Below, piece by piece: positions 41,500 to 54,733 of a stretch of DNA of 64,000 bases (position 1 is the stretch's first letter; the number at the start of each line of letters is the position of its first letter). Below the pieces are notes generated by a model that did no database searches, was not told where the DNA came from, and saw only the letters and a list, made by a program, of their open reading frames with translations. The translations under genes and the position numbers were made by a program. The DNA is taken from the NCBI GenBank assembly GCA_951406725.2, contig OX597832.1:41416001-41480000 (forward strand), in the 5' to 3' direction. The stretch comes from Octopus vulgaris (lineage: Eukaryota).

Positions 41500-42115
41500 A
41501 TTTTGGTACAAGGCCAGCAGTTTAGGGGGAGGGGCTAAATTAATTAAATCAACCCCCCAGTGCTCAACTGGTTCTTATTTTATCAACCCCCAAAAGGGAT
41601 AAAAAGGCAAGGTCAATCCTAGCAGAATTTGAACTCAGAACATAAATATGGGTGAAATACCACTAAGCATTTTATCCAGCGTGTTAACAGTTCTTATTCC
41701 TTTATTGCTCACAAGGGGCTAAACATAGAGGGGACAAACAAGGACAGACAAAGGGATTAAGTCGATTACATCAACTCCGGTGCGTAACTGGTACTTAATT
41801 TATTGACCCAGAAAGGATGAAAGGCAAAGTCGACCTCGGCAGAATTTGAACTCAGAACGTAACAGCAGACGAAATACCTATTTCTTTATTACCCACAAGG
41901 GGCTAAACACAGAGGGGCCAAACAAGGACAGACATAGGTATTAAGTCGATTTTATCAACCCCAGTGCATAACTGGTACTTAATTTATTGAGCCCGAAAGG
42001 ATGAAAGGCAAAGTCTACCTCGGTGGAATTTGAACTCACAACGTAAGGACAGACGAAATACCGCTAAGCATTTTGCCCGGTGTGCTAACGATTCTGCCTG
42101 CTAGCTTTTGCCACC
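41500..42115 (-). mobile_element. tRNA-derived SINE family B (GTCGACTTTGCCTTTCATCCTTTCGGGGTCGATAAA central domain), here as tandem/nested copies; others at about 2900-3540, 12918-13023, 18740-19280, 32170-32340, 39283-39700, 40448-40650, 43995-44210, 53705-53910
   Basis: Head GCTGGCAGAATCGTTAGC...GAGTTCAAATTCC, a shared central domain and (ATT)n tails across more than 10 copies. Confidence 0.85.
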
Positions 42116-43527
42116 TTCATTATTTGTAAATATTAAAAATAATAACAACAACAACAAACTTATTGTTATTATCAATTATGCAAATGTACTGTAATGAAAG
42201 TGAAATCAATAAGATTGCTGCCATTGATGAAGAATGAAGTTGTTTTTGTGTTGTTTTGAGACGAGTGAAGCTGGTGCTGGAGAGAATGGTTACATAGCTG
42301 ATTGGTTCTCCGAGTTCTCTCCAGAATGTCAATCATCCATCCAGCAGCAGTTCTATAACAAAAAAACCTAATTGCTGTAATGTGTTTTTGATATTTCATT
42401 TCTGCAGAGAGAAAAGAATTGGCAAAAATGATATTTGATCACAATAACTGATCACATTAAATAGTAGCTGGCCACATTGAATGAATAAAATAATAATAAT
42501 AATCATCATCATCATCATCATCGTTTAACGTCCGCTTTCCATGCTAGCATGGGTTGGATGGTTCAACTGGGGTCTGGGAAGCCAGAAGGCTGCGCCAGGC
42601 CAGCCAGATCTGGCAGTGTTTCTACAGCTGGATGCCCTTCCTAACGCCAACCACTCCGTGAGTGTAGTGGGTGCTTTTTATGTGCCACCGACATAGGTGC
42701 CAGACGAGGCTGGTGAACGGCCACGCTCGGATGGTGTTTTTTACATGCCACAATAATAATAATAATAATGAAATTATTGTCAAAATTGCGTATAAAGCAT
42801 ATGCAGTAATGTACAAATGTCTGGGAAGTGAACAGTGCCTGAGTCAGATACATGCTTGTGTGTATATGGAGGGGAGAAAATCAGGTGTAGTGTTGGCGAA
42901 TCTCAGGAAGCATGGAAGTTTTGAAGGATGCAGTGCTCCGACAACTAACAACTGATGCTGGCAGTTTGTTCCATGCTTCAGCAACTCTCAGCGTGAAAAA
43001 ATGATATGTTTTCACATTAAATGACAGAAATCGCATTAATAATATAGTAATAACGAACTTATTGTATAGAGTACCCAAGTACACTAAAGCTCATCAGAAG
43101 AAGTAACCAAAAGTGCATGAATAGTACAGAGAATATGTGGCTTAGTGGTTAGGGTGTTGGACTCATGATCATAAGATTGTGGTTTCGATTCCTGGACTGG
43201 GTGGTGTGTTGTGTTCTTGAGTAAAACATGTCATTTCACGTCGCTCCAGTCCCCTCAGCTGGCAAAAATTAGTAATCCTGCGACGGACCGGTGTCCCATC
43301 CAGGTGTGTTATTCCATGAAACCAGGAAAGTGGCCCTTATGAATCAGCATGACTTGAGAAGGTAACTTTACCTTACCTTTTTAATCACACAACACTAACC
43401 ACACAACATCAAACAATACCAATGACAGAGCATCAACCACACAACATCAACCAATTGCACAAAACCAACCACACAACACCAATCACATAACATCAACCAC
43501 ACAACATCTCCACACAATGTCAACTAC

Positions 43528-43910
43528 ATGTCAAAGAAGCTTGAGAGGCAGTTGGATGGAACCTACACTCGCCTCCTAATGAGAGCTCAAAATTTCTCGT
43601 GGAAGCGTCATCCAACCAAAGTACAAATATATGGGAAACTACCACCTGTGTCATCTCTTGTGAAAGGTAGGAGAGTCCAGTTTGCAGGACATTGTTGTAG
43701 AGCTGAAAACGAGGTAATCTCTACTCTTCTTCTCTGGAAGCCATCTGCTCGCGATACCAGAGGGCACACACTCTCCTACCCTGATGTAATCTCCAGGGAT
43801 ACAGGCATCCAGCAACAGGACCTCCGTAATGCCATGATGGACCGTGAAGTCTGGCGTAACATAGTAAATTCCATTGTCTCGACCCTGGTTGAACAATGAT
43901 GATGATGACT
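43528..43910 (+). mobile_element. RTE/RTEX-type LINE 3' end with (TGA)n tail; second partial copy at about 2645-2857
   Basis: KLERQLDGTYTRLLMRAQNFSWKRHPT...FAGHCCR...LLLWKP...AMMDREVWR is the typical RTE-group C-terminus. Near-identical sequence at 2654-2857. Confidence 0.85.
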
Positions 43911-44439
43911 ACACAACTCAATCATCACAAAACATCAAACTCGCGACACCAATCATACAACATCAACCACACAGCATCAACTACATCACACAAAATAATC
44001 TTTTCCACTATAGGCATAAGGCCTGAAATTTTGGGGAGGGGGATAGTCAATTACATTGCCCCCAGTGTGTAACTGGTACTTAATTTATCGACCCAGAAAG
44101 GATAAAAGGTAAAGTTGACCTCGGCAGAATTTGAACTCAGAATGTAGCGACAGGCGAAATACCGCTAAGCATTTCATCCAGCATGCTAACAACTCTGCCA
44201 GCTTGCTGCCTCGTATCAACTAAATAATGCCTCCACATACCTGACCCACTCTACTAAACAACAATGTACCACATAGAATGACATCATGCTACACTTCCCC
44301 CACATCAGTCACACCACATCACACTGTTCTATACTATACCAGCAACACATCAGTAAAATACCGCATCATACTACTTTAAACAACAATACTGTATCCTCTA
44401 CTCTGCATCACATTGACATCTGACACAACATCCGCACTT

Positions 44440-44770
44440 CATCATCAACATTGTAGCCATGCCACACCGTAACCTTGACCACCACATACTTGACTGCCAC
44501 AACCACCACCACCACAAGAAATCACTACTACTGCCAAACCAACAACTGCAGCAACCATCTCCATCGCCACACCACTACCACCATCACATCACTACCACCA
44601 CCACACCACCCTCGACATACCACTACCACACCACTATCACCACCCTCACCACACCACTACCACCACACCATTACCACCACCCTCGCCATACCACTACCAC
44701 CACCATCACCACATCACTACCACCACCATCACCATCACCACATCACCATTACCTTCAACATCTCCCACCA
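44440..44770. repeat. Degenerate (ACC)n trinucleotide tract
   Basis: Seen directly. Confidence 0.9.
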
Positions 44771-46059
44771 TCCTTATAACTACGACAACAACAGCAACAA
44801 CAATATCTCTATGACAACTTACCAATATCAAAGTGTTAACCTTTTCTGTAAATCATTAGATTAATAAGGTCGCCACTGGTTCACTAATTTGGTGACGATC
44901 GTGGTGGGGGTGGGGGTGGTGATGGCACTGCTGCTGCTGTTGACGACGATTATGATGATGATGACGACGATGACAATGGTGATGATGATGGTGACAGATA
45001 CATCAATACCAACAACAACAATACAAACCATCTATAAGAGTCTGTATATTGTCACTCAGTTTTTTCTCTTTTACTTGTTTCAGTCATTTGACTGCGGCCA
45101 TGCTGGAGCACCGCCTTTAGTCGAGCAAATCGACCCCCGGGACTTATTCTTTGTAAGCCCAGTACTTATTCTATCGGTCTCTTTTGCCGAACTGCTAAGC
45201 TACGGGGACATAAACACACCACCATCAGTTGTCAAGCAATACTAAGAGGACAAACACACACACACAAACATATATATATATATATATACACATATATACG
45301 ATGGGCTTCTTTCAGTTTCCGTCTACCAAATCCACTCACAAGGCTTCCGCAAGAAGTTACAAAAATGCTAAAATCGGCAGTAATTTTTAAGTCTCCTGTG
45401 CAGATATGTGTGCATAAAACTATTAAATTATTGCACAGGGGTTCCTCGAGCCAGTTGAATGTTTCCTTGGGGTTCCGCTCCAGCAAAAAGTTTGAAAAGC
45501 ACTGACCTAGATTAATGTCTATCGCTCAACAAAACTGGAGTCTTCAAATTCCCAAACCATTTTGGCTTTTATCTGTTTTCCAAATGTCTCAAATGTTTCC
45601 TTGTTCCACTTAAATATGGACTGAAATTCGAAAACCTAAATGCAAAACAACAAAAATTGATAAAATATTCTTTAACCCCCCACCCCCACCCCCACAAAAA
45701 ATAACAAAAATAGATCCAAAAATGAAAGGAAATAAAAAAATTAAACTTAGTTATTTTAAATTTATTTGTTTATTTATTTATTTATCTTGTTATTTGTTGT
45801 TATTTTCTTTGCATTATATTTTTGCATCTTTTTGTATTTTTTTGTATAATATTTTTGTGTTGTATTTTTGTATTTTTGGTTAAAACCGAGAGGATTATTT
45901 TCCTTATTCATATTTCTTTGATTTCTCACAAGAAAACTTGAGTCTTGGAATTAGAGGTTGCTAATGGAGCCGGGCTGTTGCTAATGGAGTTAGGTTTTCA
46001 GACTTTTTGGAGTTAAGTTAAACAAACACATCAGAAGGATAATGTAATTGTGGGAACGC

Positions 46060-46640
46060 TGGCAGTGGTGGTGGTGGCGGCGGCAGTGGTGGTGGTAGTG
46101 GTGGTGGTGATGGTGGTGTTGGTGGTGTTGTTGTTGGTGGTGTTGTTGGTGGTGGTGGCGGTGGTGGTGATGTTGGTGGTAGTGGTAGTGGTGGTGGTGG
46201 TGATGATGATGGTGGTGGTGATGATGTTGGTGGTGGTGGTGGTGGTGGTGGTGGTGGTGGTGGTGGTGGTGGTAGTAGTAGTGGTGGTGGTGGTGGTGGT
46301 GGTGGTGATGTTGGTGGTGGTGGTGGTAGTAGTGGTGGTGGCGGCGGTTGATATGGTTGTGGTGGTGATGGCGATGTTGATAGTGGTAGTGACAGTGGTA
46401 ATGATATTGGTGTTGGTAGAGGTGGTAGCAGCAGAGGCAATGGTGGTTGTAGTAGCAGATGGTGGTGATGGTGGTGGTGGTGGTGGTGGTAGAGGTTGTG
46501 ATGGCAGTAGTGGTGATTGGTGGTAGGGACGGTGGCGGTAGTAGTGACGGTTATGGTGATGATGGTGGCAGCGATGGTTGCGGCGGTAGTGATGGTGGTG
46601 GTGGTGATGGTGGTGGTGATGGTGATGGTGATGGTGGGGG
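46060..46640. repeat. Long degenerate (GGT)n trinucleotide tract
   Basis: Seen directly. It generates the spurious poly-P/T/H/V ORFs. Confidence 0.95.
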
Positions 46641-47113
46641 TTGAAGGGAAGCAAGATCTTTCTTAGTTAAAAAAATAAATATATAAATAAACGATTTGTA
46701 AAAGAAAAAGAAAAGAACGTAAATGAAGATAATATTTTGATAACAGACAAGAAATGGTCAAAGACTTAATGGGGGCCATTGTAGATAATCTGAATGACAA
46801 CATTAGATGCTATATCTTCCATTCCTTGCTTAATATCTGTGTACCTGTCTTGTATTTGTCCTGTGTGAGATATGTGTGTGTGTGTTAGTGTGTGTATGTG
46901 TGCATGTATATGTGCGTGCTTGTATGCATATATTTTATACATACATAGGCGCAGGAGTAGCTGTGTGGTAAGTAGCTTGCTAACCAACCACATGGTTCCG
47001 GGTTCAGTCCCACTGCGTGGCATCTTGGGCAAGTGTCTTCTGCTATAGCCCCGGGCCGACCAATGCCTTGTGAGTGGATTTGGTAGATGGAAATTGAAAA
47101 GAAGCCTGTCGTA

Positions 47114-47152
<39 letters not shown>

Positions 47153-47845
47153 TGTGTTGTATGTATTTGTGTGTCTGTGTTTGTCCCCTTAGCATTGCTT
47201 GACAACCGATGCTGGGGTGTGTTTACGTCCCCGTCACTTAGCGGTTCGGCAAAAGAGACCGATAGAATAAGTACTGGGCTTACAAAGAATAAGTTCCGGG
47301 GTCGATTTGCTCGACTAAAGGCGGTGCTCCAGCATGACCGCAGTCAAATGACTGAAACAAGTAAAAGAGTATACACATATATGTATTTGTATATGTGTGT
47401 GTGTGTATGATGATGATCATTGTTTAACATCTCGTTTCCATGCTGGCATGGATTGGACTATTCGACAAGAACCATCCGAGCGTGATCATTACCAGAGCGG
47501 CTAACTGGCTTCTGTGCCAGTGGCATGTAAAAGGGCACCATTTGAGTGTGATCGTTACCAACATCGCCTTACTGGCACCTGTGCCGTTGGCATGTGTAAA
47601 AACATTCGAGCGAGGTCGTTGCCAGTACCGCCTAACTGACCCCCGTGCTGGTGGCATGTAAAAGCACCCACTACACTCTCGGAGTGGTTGGCATTAGGAA
47701 GGGCATCCAGCTGTAGAAACTCTGCCTGATCAAGATTGTAGCCTGGTCCAGCCATCTGGTTCGCCAGCCCTCAGTCAGAATCGTCCAACCCATGCTAGCA
47801 TGGAAAGCGGACGTTAAATGACGATGATGTATGTATATGAATATG

Positions 47846-48040
47846 TACAAAATTTAAAGGACTGACCACTAAAAGTGGACGGTCAACATGCTAGATATAG
47901 ACGTCAAATCGCTATTTTCCACAAAGAATATGTGCTGAGTTTTTATTTGAGAACATATTCTTTGTGGAAAATAGCGATTTGACATCTATATCTAGCATGT
48001 TGACCGTCCACTTTTAGTGGTCAGTCCTTTAAATTTTGTA
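47846..48040. repeat. Near-perfect ~195-bp palindrome (fold-back element)
   Basis: TACAAAATTTAAAGGACTGACCAC...AAGAATATGT and ACATATTCTT...GTGGTCAGTCCTTTAAATTTTGTA form ~87-bp arms with about one mismatch. Confidence 0.92.
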
Positions 48041-49044
48041 TGTAGAAATATTTTAATCTTCGGATTTTTTTAATATGTTGGGCCACTGGTTTTAATTGAT
48101 TAACATCAATTTCTACCCTTATTAAATTTTAAATTAACACTGAACACCTTTTTGATCTCCATGTGTCTAGCACACGTGGACATGCCTACAAAGTCAGAAA
48201 ACAACACAGCTCCCATGACTTTCGGAAACATTTTTTCACGCTCAGAGTTGCTGAAGCATGGAACAAACTGCCTGCGTCAGTTGTTGACTGCCATGACACT
48301 GCATCCTTTAAGGCCCTCATGCTTTCCGAAATCCGCCGAAACTACACCTGATTATACATACACTTTAGATGAGTTGTAGTGCACCTGAGCACTGTACACA
48401 ATTATTAAAAGGAGAAAAGGTGCCCTCTACCCCTCTTTTTTGACTAGGCTCCCGTTGGCTTTTATGGGGTTTTTTCCACCAGGAACCTTTCGTAACGCCT
48501 CCCCCTTTTGGGAGTTTTTCGTTGTTAAATATTTTCATTGTTACACTGTTGTTTACACGGATTTTTCACAAACGGACAAAACCCTTTGTAACCTTTCGTC
48601 CTGTTTTGTCCCTTTATGTTTTATAATCATGTGTGTCAGCCCATGTGGCCAATAAAAAGAATAAATTATTATTATTATTATTATTATGAATATGTATGTA
48701 TGTATGTGTTTCTATCACCAACACAACCACAATCACCAACAGCAACACTAAGATATAGTCTGAAGTAGATAAGCAAATCCATTTCAAATAGAAATCCAAT
48801 GTGGTATCCTAGAGTGTGTGAAAAGTTGGATGAAGCATCTTTGATCTTCGGTTTAAGAGGATTGACTTGAGACTGGACGGCCACAACAGTATGACTAACA
48901 AGAATAATATAAACACTACAACACCGACAATACCTGACCACTGTCACTAACACCTGAACCAATGCAACCCACATCATCCTCCGCTGTCAACCCACTAAAC
49001 TTTTGAATCCGACTGGCTGCAACAGATATCTTGTATGTCTCTAA

Positions 49045-49073
49045 CATGTGTGTGCATGTGTGTGTGTGTGTGT

Positions 49074-49126
<53 letters not shown>

Positions 49127-49470
49127 CGTGTGTGTATGTGTGCGTGTGTGTGTGCATGTGTGTGTGTATGTGCGTGTGTGAAAGAGAGAGAAAGTATGTA
49201 TGTGAGTGCATGTATATGGGTGTTTGTGTATGAGTGTGTGTGTACGAATATGTGTTTGTGCATGTGTGTGCGCACATTTGTGTGTGTGTGTGTGTGTGCA
49301 TGTGTGTGTATGTGTGAAAGAGAGAGAGAGTATGTATGTGAGTGCATGTATATGGGTGTTTGTGTATGAGTGTGTGTGTATGAATATGTGTTTGTGCATG
49401 TGTGTGCGCACATTTGTGTGTGTGTGTGCATGCATACATGCATGTGAGTGCATACAGTGAATGTGCATGT
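49045..49470. repeat. (TG)n-rich compound microsatellite with an internal ~135-bp direct duplication
   Basis: GAAAGAGAGAG..GTATGTATGTGAGTGCATGTATATGGGTGTTTGTGTATGAGTG...GCGCACATTTG occurs twice (about 49180 and 49315). Confidence 0.9.
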
Positions 49471-49474
49471 ATGT

Positions 49475-50061
49475 ATAATCTTAATGCAGAAGTGCCAGGA
49501 GTGAATTGTCTATAGAATCTGGTGGACCCTCTTTTAGACAATGCACTGAGCCATGCAGTAAAACCCTAGATGACCTTTCTGATAATGTGAGAGTAGAATG
49601 CATCCCCAAGAATACAATTCCTTTGCTCCAATCAGTGGATCAAGGGGTGACAGCTAACTGCAAGGTATACGAAATGAAAAACTTTCAAACAATTTATGAA
49701 AGCAATTGACAGGGAGGATAAACCTATATTTAGAGATTTCTGGAAGATATTCAACATAATGGATGTTGTTGCATAATGGATGTCATGGGATAAAGAGAAA
49801 TCTTCAATTTTGAATAGTGTTTGGAAAAGTGTATGGAAAAGTATCTCTTTTACTCTTTTACTTGTTTCAGTCATTTGACTGTGGCCATGCTGGAGTACCA
49901 CCTTTTTAGTTGAGCAAATCAACCCCAGGACTTATTATTTGGAAGCCTTGTACTTATTCTATCGGTCTCTTTTGTCGAACCGCTAAGTTACGGGGACGCA
50001 AACACACCAGCATCGGTTGTCAAGCGATGTTGGGGGGACAAACACAGACACACAAACATAT

Positions 50062-50120
<59 letters not shown>

Positions 50121-51430
50121 TATACATATATAAGACGGGCTTCTTTCAGTTTCCGTCTACCAAATCCACTCACAAGGCTTTGGTTGGCCCGAGGCTATAG
50201 TGGAAGACATTTGCCCAAGGTGCCATGCAGTGGGAATGAACCCAGAACCATGTGGTTGGTAAGCAAGCTACTGACCACACAGCCACTCCTGCTCCTATCT
50301 GTGACATTTACAAGTTTTTCTCAAGCAGAAAGTCTACATTAAATTCAAAAAGATATTGTAACACTTGCAAATGATGCAAGATTTGAAGAAGTCTGAGGAT
50401 GTGATTGAGTTGTCTCAGAAAGCAAGGTTACTTAATGAGGAGCTGATGCTGGAAACATATTTACAAAGTCAGAAAACAGCACAGCTCCCATGACTTCAGG
50501 AAACATTTTTTCACGCTAAGGGTTGCTGAAGCATGGAACAAACTGCCGGCATCAGTTGTTAGTTGTCGGAGCACTGCATCCTTCAAAACTTCCATGCTTC
50601 CTGAGATTTGCCAACACTACACCTGATTTTCTCCCCTCCATACACACACACAAGCATGTATCTGACTCATGCATTGTTCGCTTTCCAGACATTTCTACAT
50701 TACTGCATGTACTTTATATGCACTTTCTGACAAGTTGTGGTGCACCTGAGCACTGTATACAATAATTTCATTATTATTATTATTATAAAACGGAAAATCT
50801 GAGATTACATACATGACGACAAAATTTCCACCTACACCACTTAAATTGCTACAAAAATTGTTGCCAAAGGGTTGCCACTTACAGAACAAAGGCTGCAGGT
50901 TTTTTCTGATAATGATCCTAATTCTGAATGTAGCATAAAAATATTACTGGAGGAGTTTACAAAGCACTCAGTTCCTATACTGAGCTCTACAAAGGAGAAG
51001 ATGCCTCTCAAACAACAAATAACTTTGAATAAATTTTTCATCCCTCAAGATGATGTTCATAATAACGAACTATAATTAACTATTGCTTCTCATCCTCCTA
51101 GTAACTCTCATTCCACCACTACTCATCACACAATGGTCAGCATCTTTTGTGGTAATAAAAATATTCTTATGATATTATGATTCTTATTAATTCCCTAACC
51201 TGAAATGTCTTTGTGTTTCCATGCATCTGTATTGTACCATCTATGTTTAGAAAAAGGTTATTTTCATCTACAAAGGTGAATGTGTTGCTTCTTCCCTGTT
51301 GCTTCATCTTGTGCTTCATTTAAAAAGAAAAAAAAATTTCTGCAAATGTCCAGAGGAATGCAGCCTCACTCAATATTATGGAAATGAACAGGAAAATGAA
51401 TTTCGCATTACGGAATTTCTCATTACGGCC
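49475..51430 (+). mobile_element. pogo/Tigger (CENP-B-like DDE) transposase relic, split by a nested SINE (49845-50295) and a CR1 fragment (50460-50785)
   Basis: NVRVECIPKNTIPLLQSVDQGVTANCKVY resembles the FLPPNTTSLLQPMDQGVI motif. It is followed by FWKIFNIMDVV...SWD...LNSVWK, then IVTLANDARFEEV and FSDNDPNSE in the downstream pieces. Confidence 0.72.
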
Positions 51431-51487
51431 ACATTTTTAGGAACACATTACTTTGTAAAGTGAGAGATTCATGTATGTGTGTGTGTG

Positions 51488-51575
<88 letters not shown>

Positions 51576-51590
51576 TGGATAGATAGGTAG

Positions 51591-51621
<31 letters not shown>

Positions 51622-52110
51622 AATAGATAGATAGATAGATGGATGGATAGATGGATGGATAGATAGGTAAGATAGGTAGATAGATAGATAGATAGATAAA
51701 TAGATAAAGAGATGGATGGATAGATGGATGGATAGATAGGTAGATAGATAGATAGATAGAGAGATGGATAGCTAAATAGATAGATAGATAGAGAGATATA
51801 TAGAAACACACATATACACGTATGTTGTGTGTGTATAATTATGTATTTTTTCACCCATTCCATGGAGCAGCAGTAGTTGATTAGTGTCTTAACCTAGATA
51901 ATGGACATTTTCTAAATTCTTTGGTTTATCAACTTCTTCCAAAAACGGTGTGGAGGAGGGTGGGGGTGGGGTGGAATCAGACGGGTGATGCTGACATAAA
52001 TTCTAAACGTGCACAATCACGGGATTTCTACCGTTAGTTCCGCGATAACACTATGCAGGTTTTTCTGTTGCTTCTAACGGAGTGTTTACACATATATACA
52101 TACATGCATA

Positions 52111-52199
<89 letters not shown>

Positions 52200-52533
52200 A
52201 TATGTGTGTGTGTATGAATCTATGTATGTATGTATATATGAAACGGTTGCAGATACAAACTGCTAGTTTATGGTTAACAAGGTGGAGTGAATTCTCTGGC
52301 ATTTTGCCCACCTACAGTTATAGTTCTTGGACAGTATTGGCCAGCTGGCATTCTTGCTGTTTTCAAAGCAGTGCAATAGCGAGTGATGTCTAGTGTTTCA
52401 CTAGCATCATACGTACACCATAGTAATGGCACACCCCAGGCTAGAATGGAAGACTAACTTGAAATCAATTAAGACAACACAGATGAGTGTGTGCTTGTGT
52501 GTGTGTGCTTGTGTGTGTGTGCTTGTGTGTGTG

Positions 52534-52566
<33 letters not shown>

Positions 52567-52715
52567 ACCATGTAGCTTTATGTATATTTATGTACATGTT
52601 CATGAGATTGTGAAAGCATGTGAACATATCTAGGTGTGTAAATGTTCATGCATATACAAGATTATATGTATGCACAAAACACACGTAAACATAGCTATAA
52701 AATTAAGTGTGTATG

Positions 52716-52766
<51 letters not shown>

Positions 52767-54698
52767 CATATATATACATATATATACACATATATATACA
52801 TATATATATATACATACATATATATATATATCTATAATATACACACTCGTGTGTGTGTGTGTGTGAAAGTATATTATAAGCAGATATACAATACACATGT
52901 TTAGATACGAAAATACACTCACACGCGCACATGCACGCACACACACACACTCACACATACACACACACAGAGAGGCACTCATACACATAGGCAGAGACAT
53001 ACACATATAGACAGACCAAACTGGATATTTCCAGTTCATTTATTAACTATTTCTTTTCTTCCTTTTTTTTTAAGGATTTCTTGATAAAAGAAAATTATCC
53101 CCCAAGAATACAGCACAATCTATGAAAACAGGTGTAAAGGTTGCAACACAAGAATTTGTCTGGCACTTTATTCCAGTAAAATCACATTTAAAAAAAAAAT
53201 TCGCTATTCCATTTGGGACATAGAGGTTTATGGTCTTTAAATCCTAAATCACAGCCATTTAACTGATTAAAGAATGCTTTAATTGATTGGCAAAAATCTT
53301 CTCAAAATAAGGATATTCAGGTTTCTTAACAATAGTGCCAACAATAAAAATAAATAGGTTCTTTCTCTCTCCCCATCTCTGCGTCTGTGTGTCTATCTGT
53401 CTGTCTATCTATCTATCTACACACACATTAGTTTCAAATTTTGGCACAGGGCCAGCAATTTTGAGAGAGGGGTTAAGTCAGTAAGTCAATCACATCGACC
53501 CCATTGTTCAACTGGTAATTATTTTATTGACCCCGAAAGGTGGCACTTCATCCCAGAGCATAAAAACAGTTGAAATATTCTTTTACTTGTTTCAGTCATT
53601 TGACTGTGACCATGCTGGAGCACCACCTTTAGTCAAACAAATCGACCCCTGGACTTATTCTTTGTAAGCCTAGTACTTATTTTGTCCAACCACTAAGAGG
53701 CTTAAGGTGGTGAGCTGGCAGAATCATTAGCATGCTTGGTGGTGTTTTGTCTGTCCCTACATCCTAAGTTCAAATTATGCTGAGGTCAACTTTGCCCATC
53801 ATTCTTTCAGGGATCTAAAAAATAAGTACCAGTCATATAGTGGGGTTGATGTACCTGACTTACTCCTCTCCTGAATTTGCTGGCCTTGTGCCAAAATTTG
53901 AAACCAGTAAGAGTAGGAAATCCCTTTTGAGATTCTGTCAAAGATGTGACATCCTCCATAACTATGTGAAGGTTTCCATAGGATAAATCAAAATCACTTA
54001 TTGTTGTTTTGACCCCCGAAAAAGAGATCTTCACCTTTGGGAGATCCCTTTAAAAATTTTACAGAAAGTAAATATCATATACTGTAAGAGTTTGCCATTA
54101 TCTCACAGATATCTCAACATCAAAATGAATATCAAATGGAAATAGTTGGCATGTAAAAAGCATCAACTGATTGTGGCCGCTGCCAGCCTCCCGTGGCACC
54201 TGTGCTGGTGGCACGTAAAAAGCACCCACTACACTCTCGGAGTGGTTGGCGTTAGGAAGGGCATCCAGCTGTAGAAACACTGCCAGATCAGATTGGAGCC
54301 TGGTGCAGCCTCCTGGCTTCCCTGACCCCGGTCGAACCATTCAACCCGTGCTAGCATGGAAAAACGGACGTTAAACGATGATGATGGTGATGATGATGAT
54401 ATAGTCATTTGTGCTGCAGGTATGCAAAATATAATACAAATATTCTGATACTGTTTTTATCAAAGATATTTAGATATCGTTAACCATATCTTTTATATAG
54501 GCTGGAACTGTCCTCCATGATAAACCAAGATTTTCAAACAATATGAATTTTTCTGGAGTTTAAAATCCACGCAACAGAATTTTACATTCTAACAAACTTA
54601 CCTTCTTTGTGTAACATTACATTTGTATACATTACTGCATATGCTTTATATCAACTTTTGACAAGTTGTAGTGCACCTGAGCACTGTAGACAATAATT

Positions 54699-54733
<35 letters not shown>

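Noticed and set aside
46018-46654. Poly-Pro/Thr/His/Val ORFs resembling mucin, formin or extensin
   Set aside because: These are translations of a (GGT)n microsatellite, open in several frames, with no splice context.
48684-49030. Possible exon or ORF with a hydrophobic stretch
   Set aside because: No recognisable homology, weak splice signals and inconsistent frames. I cannot support it without expression data.
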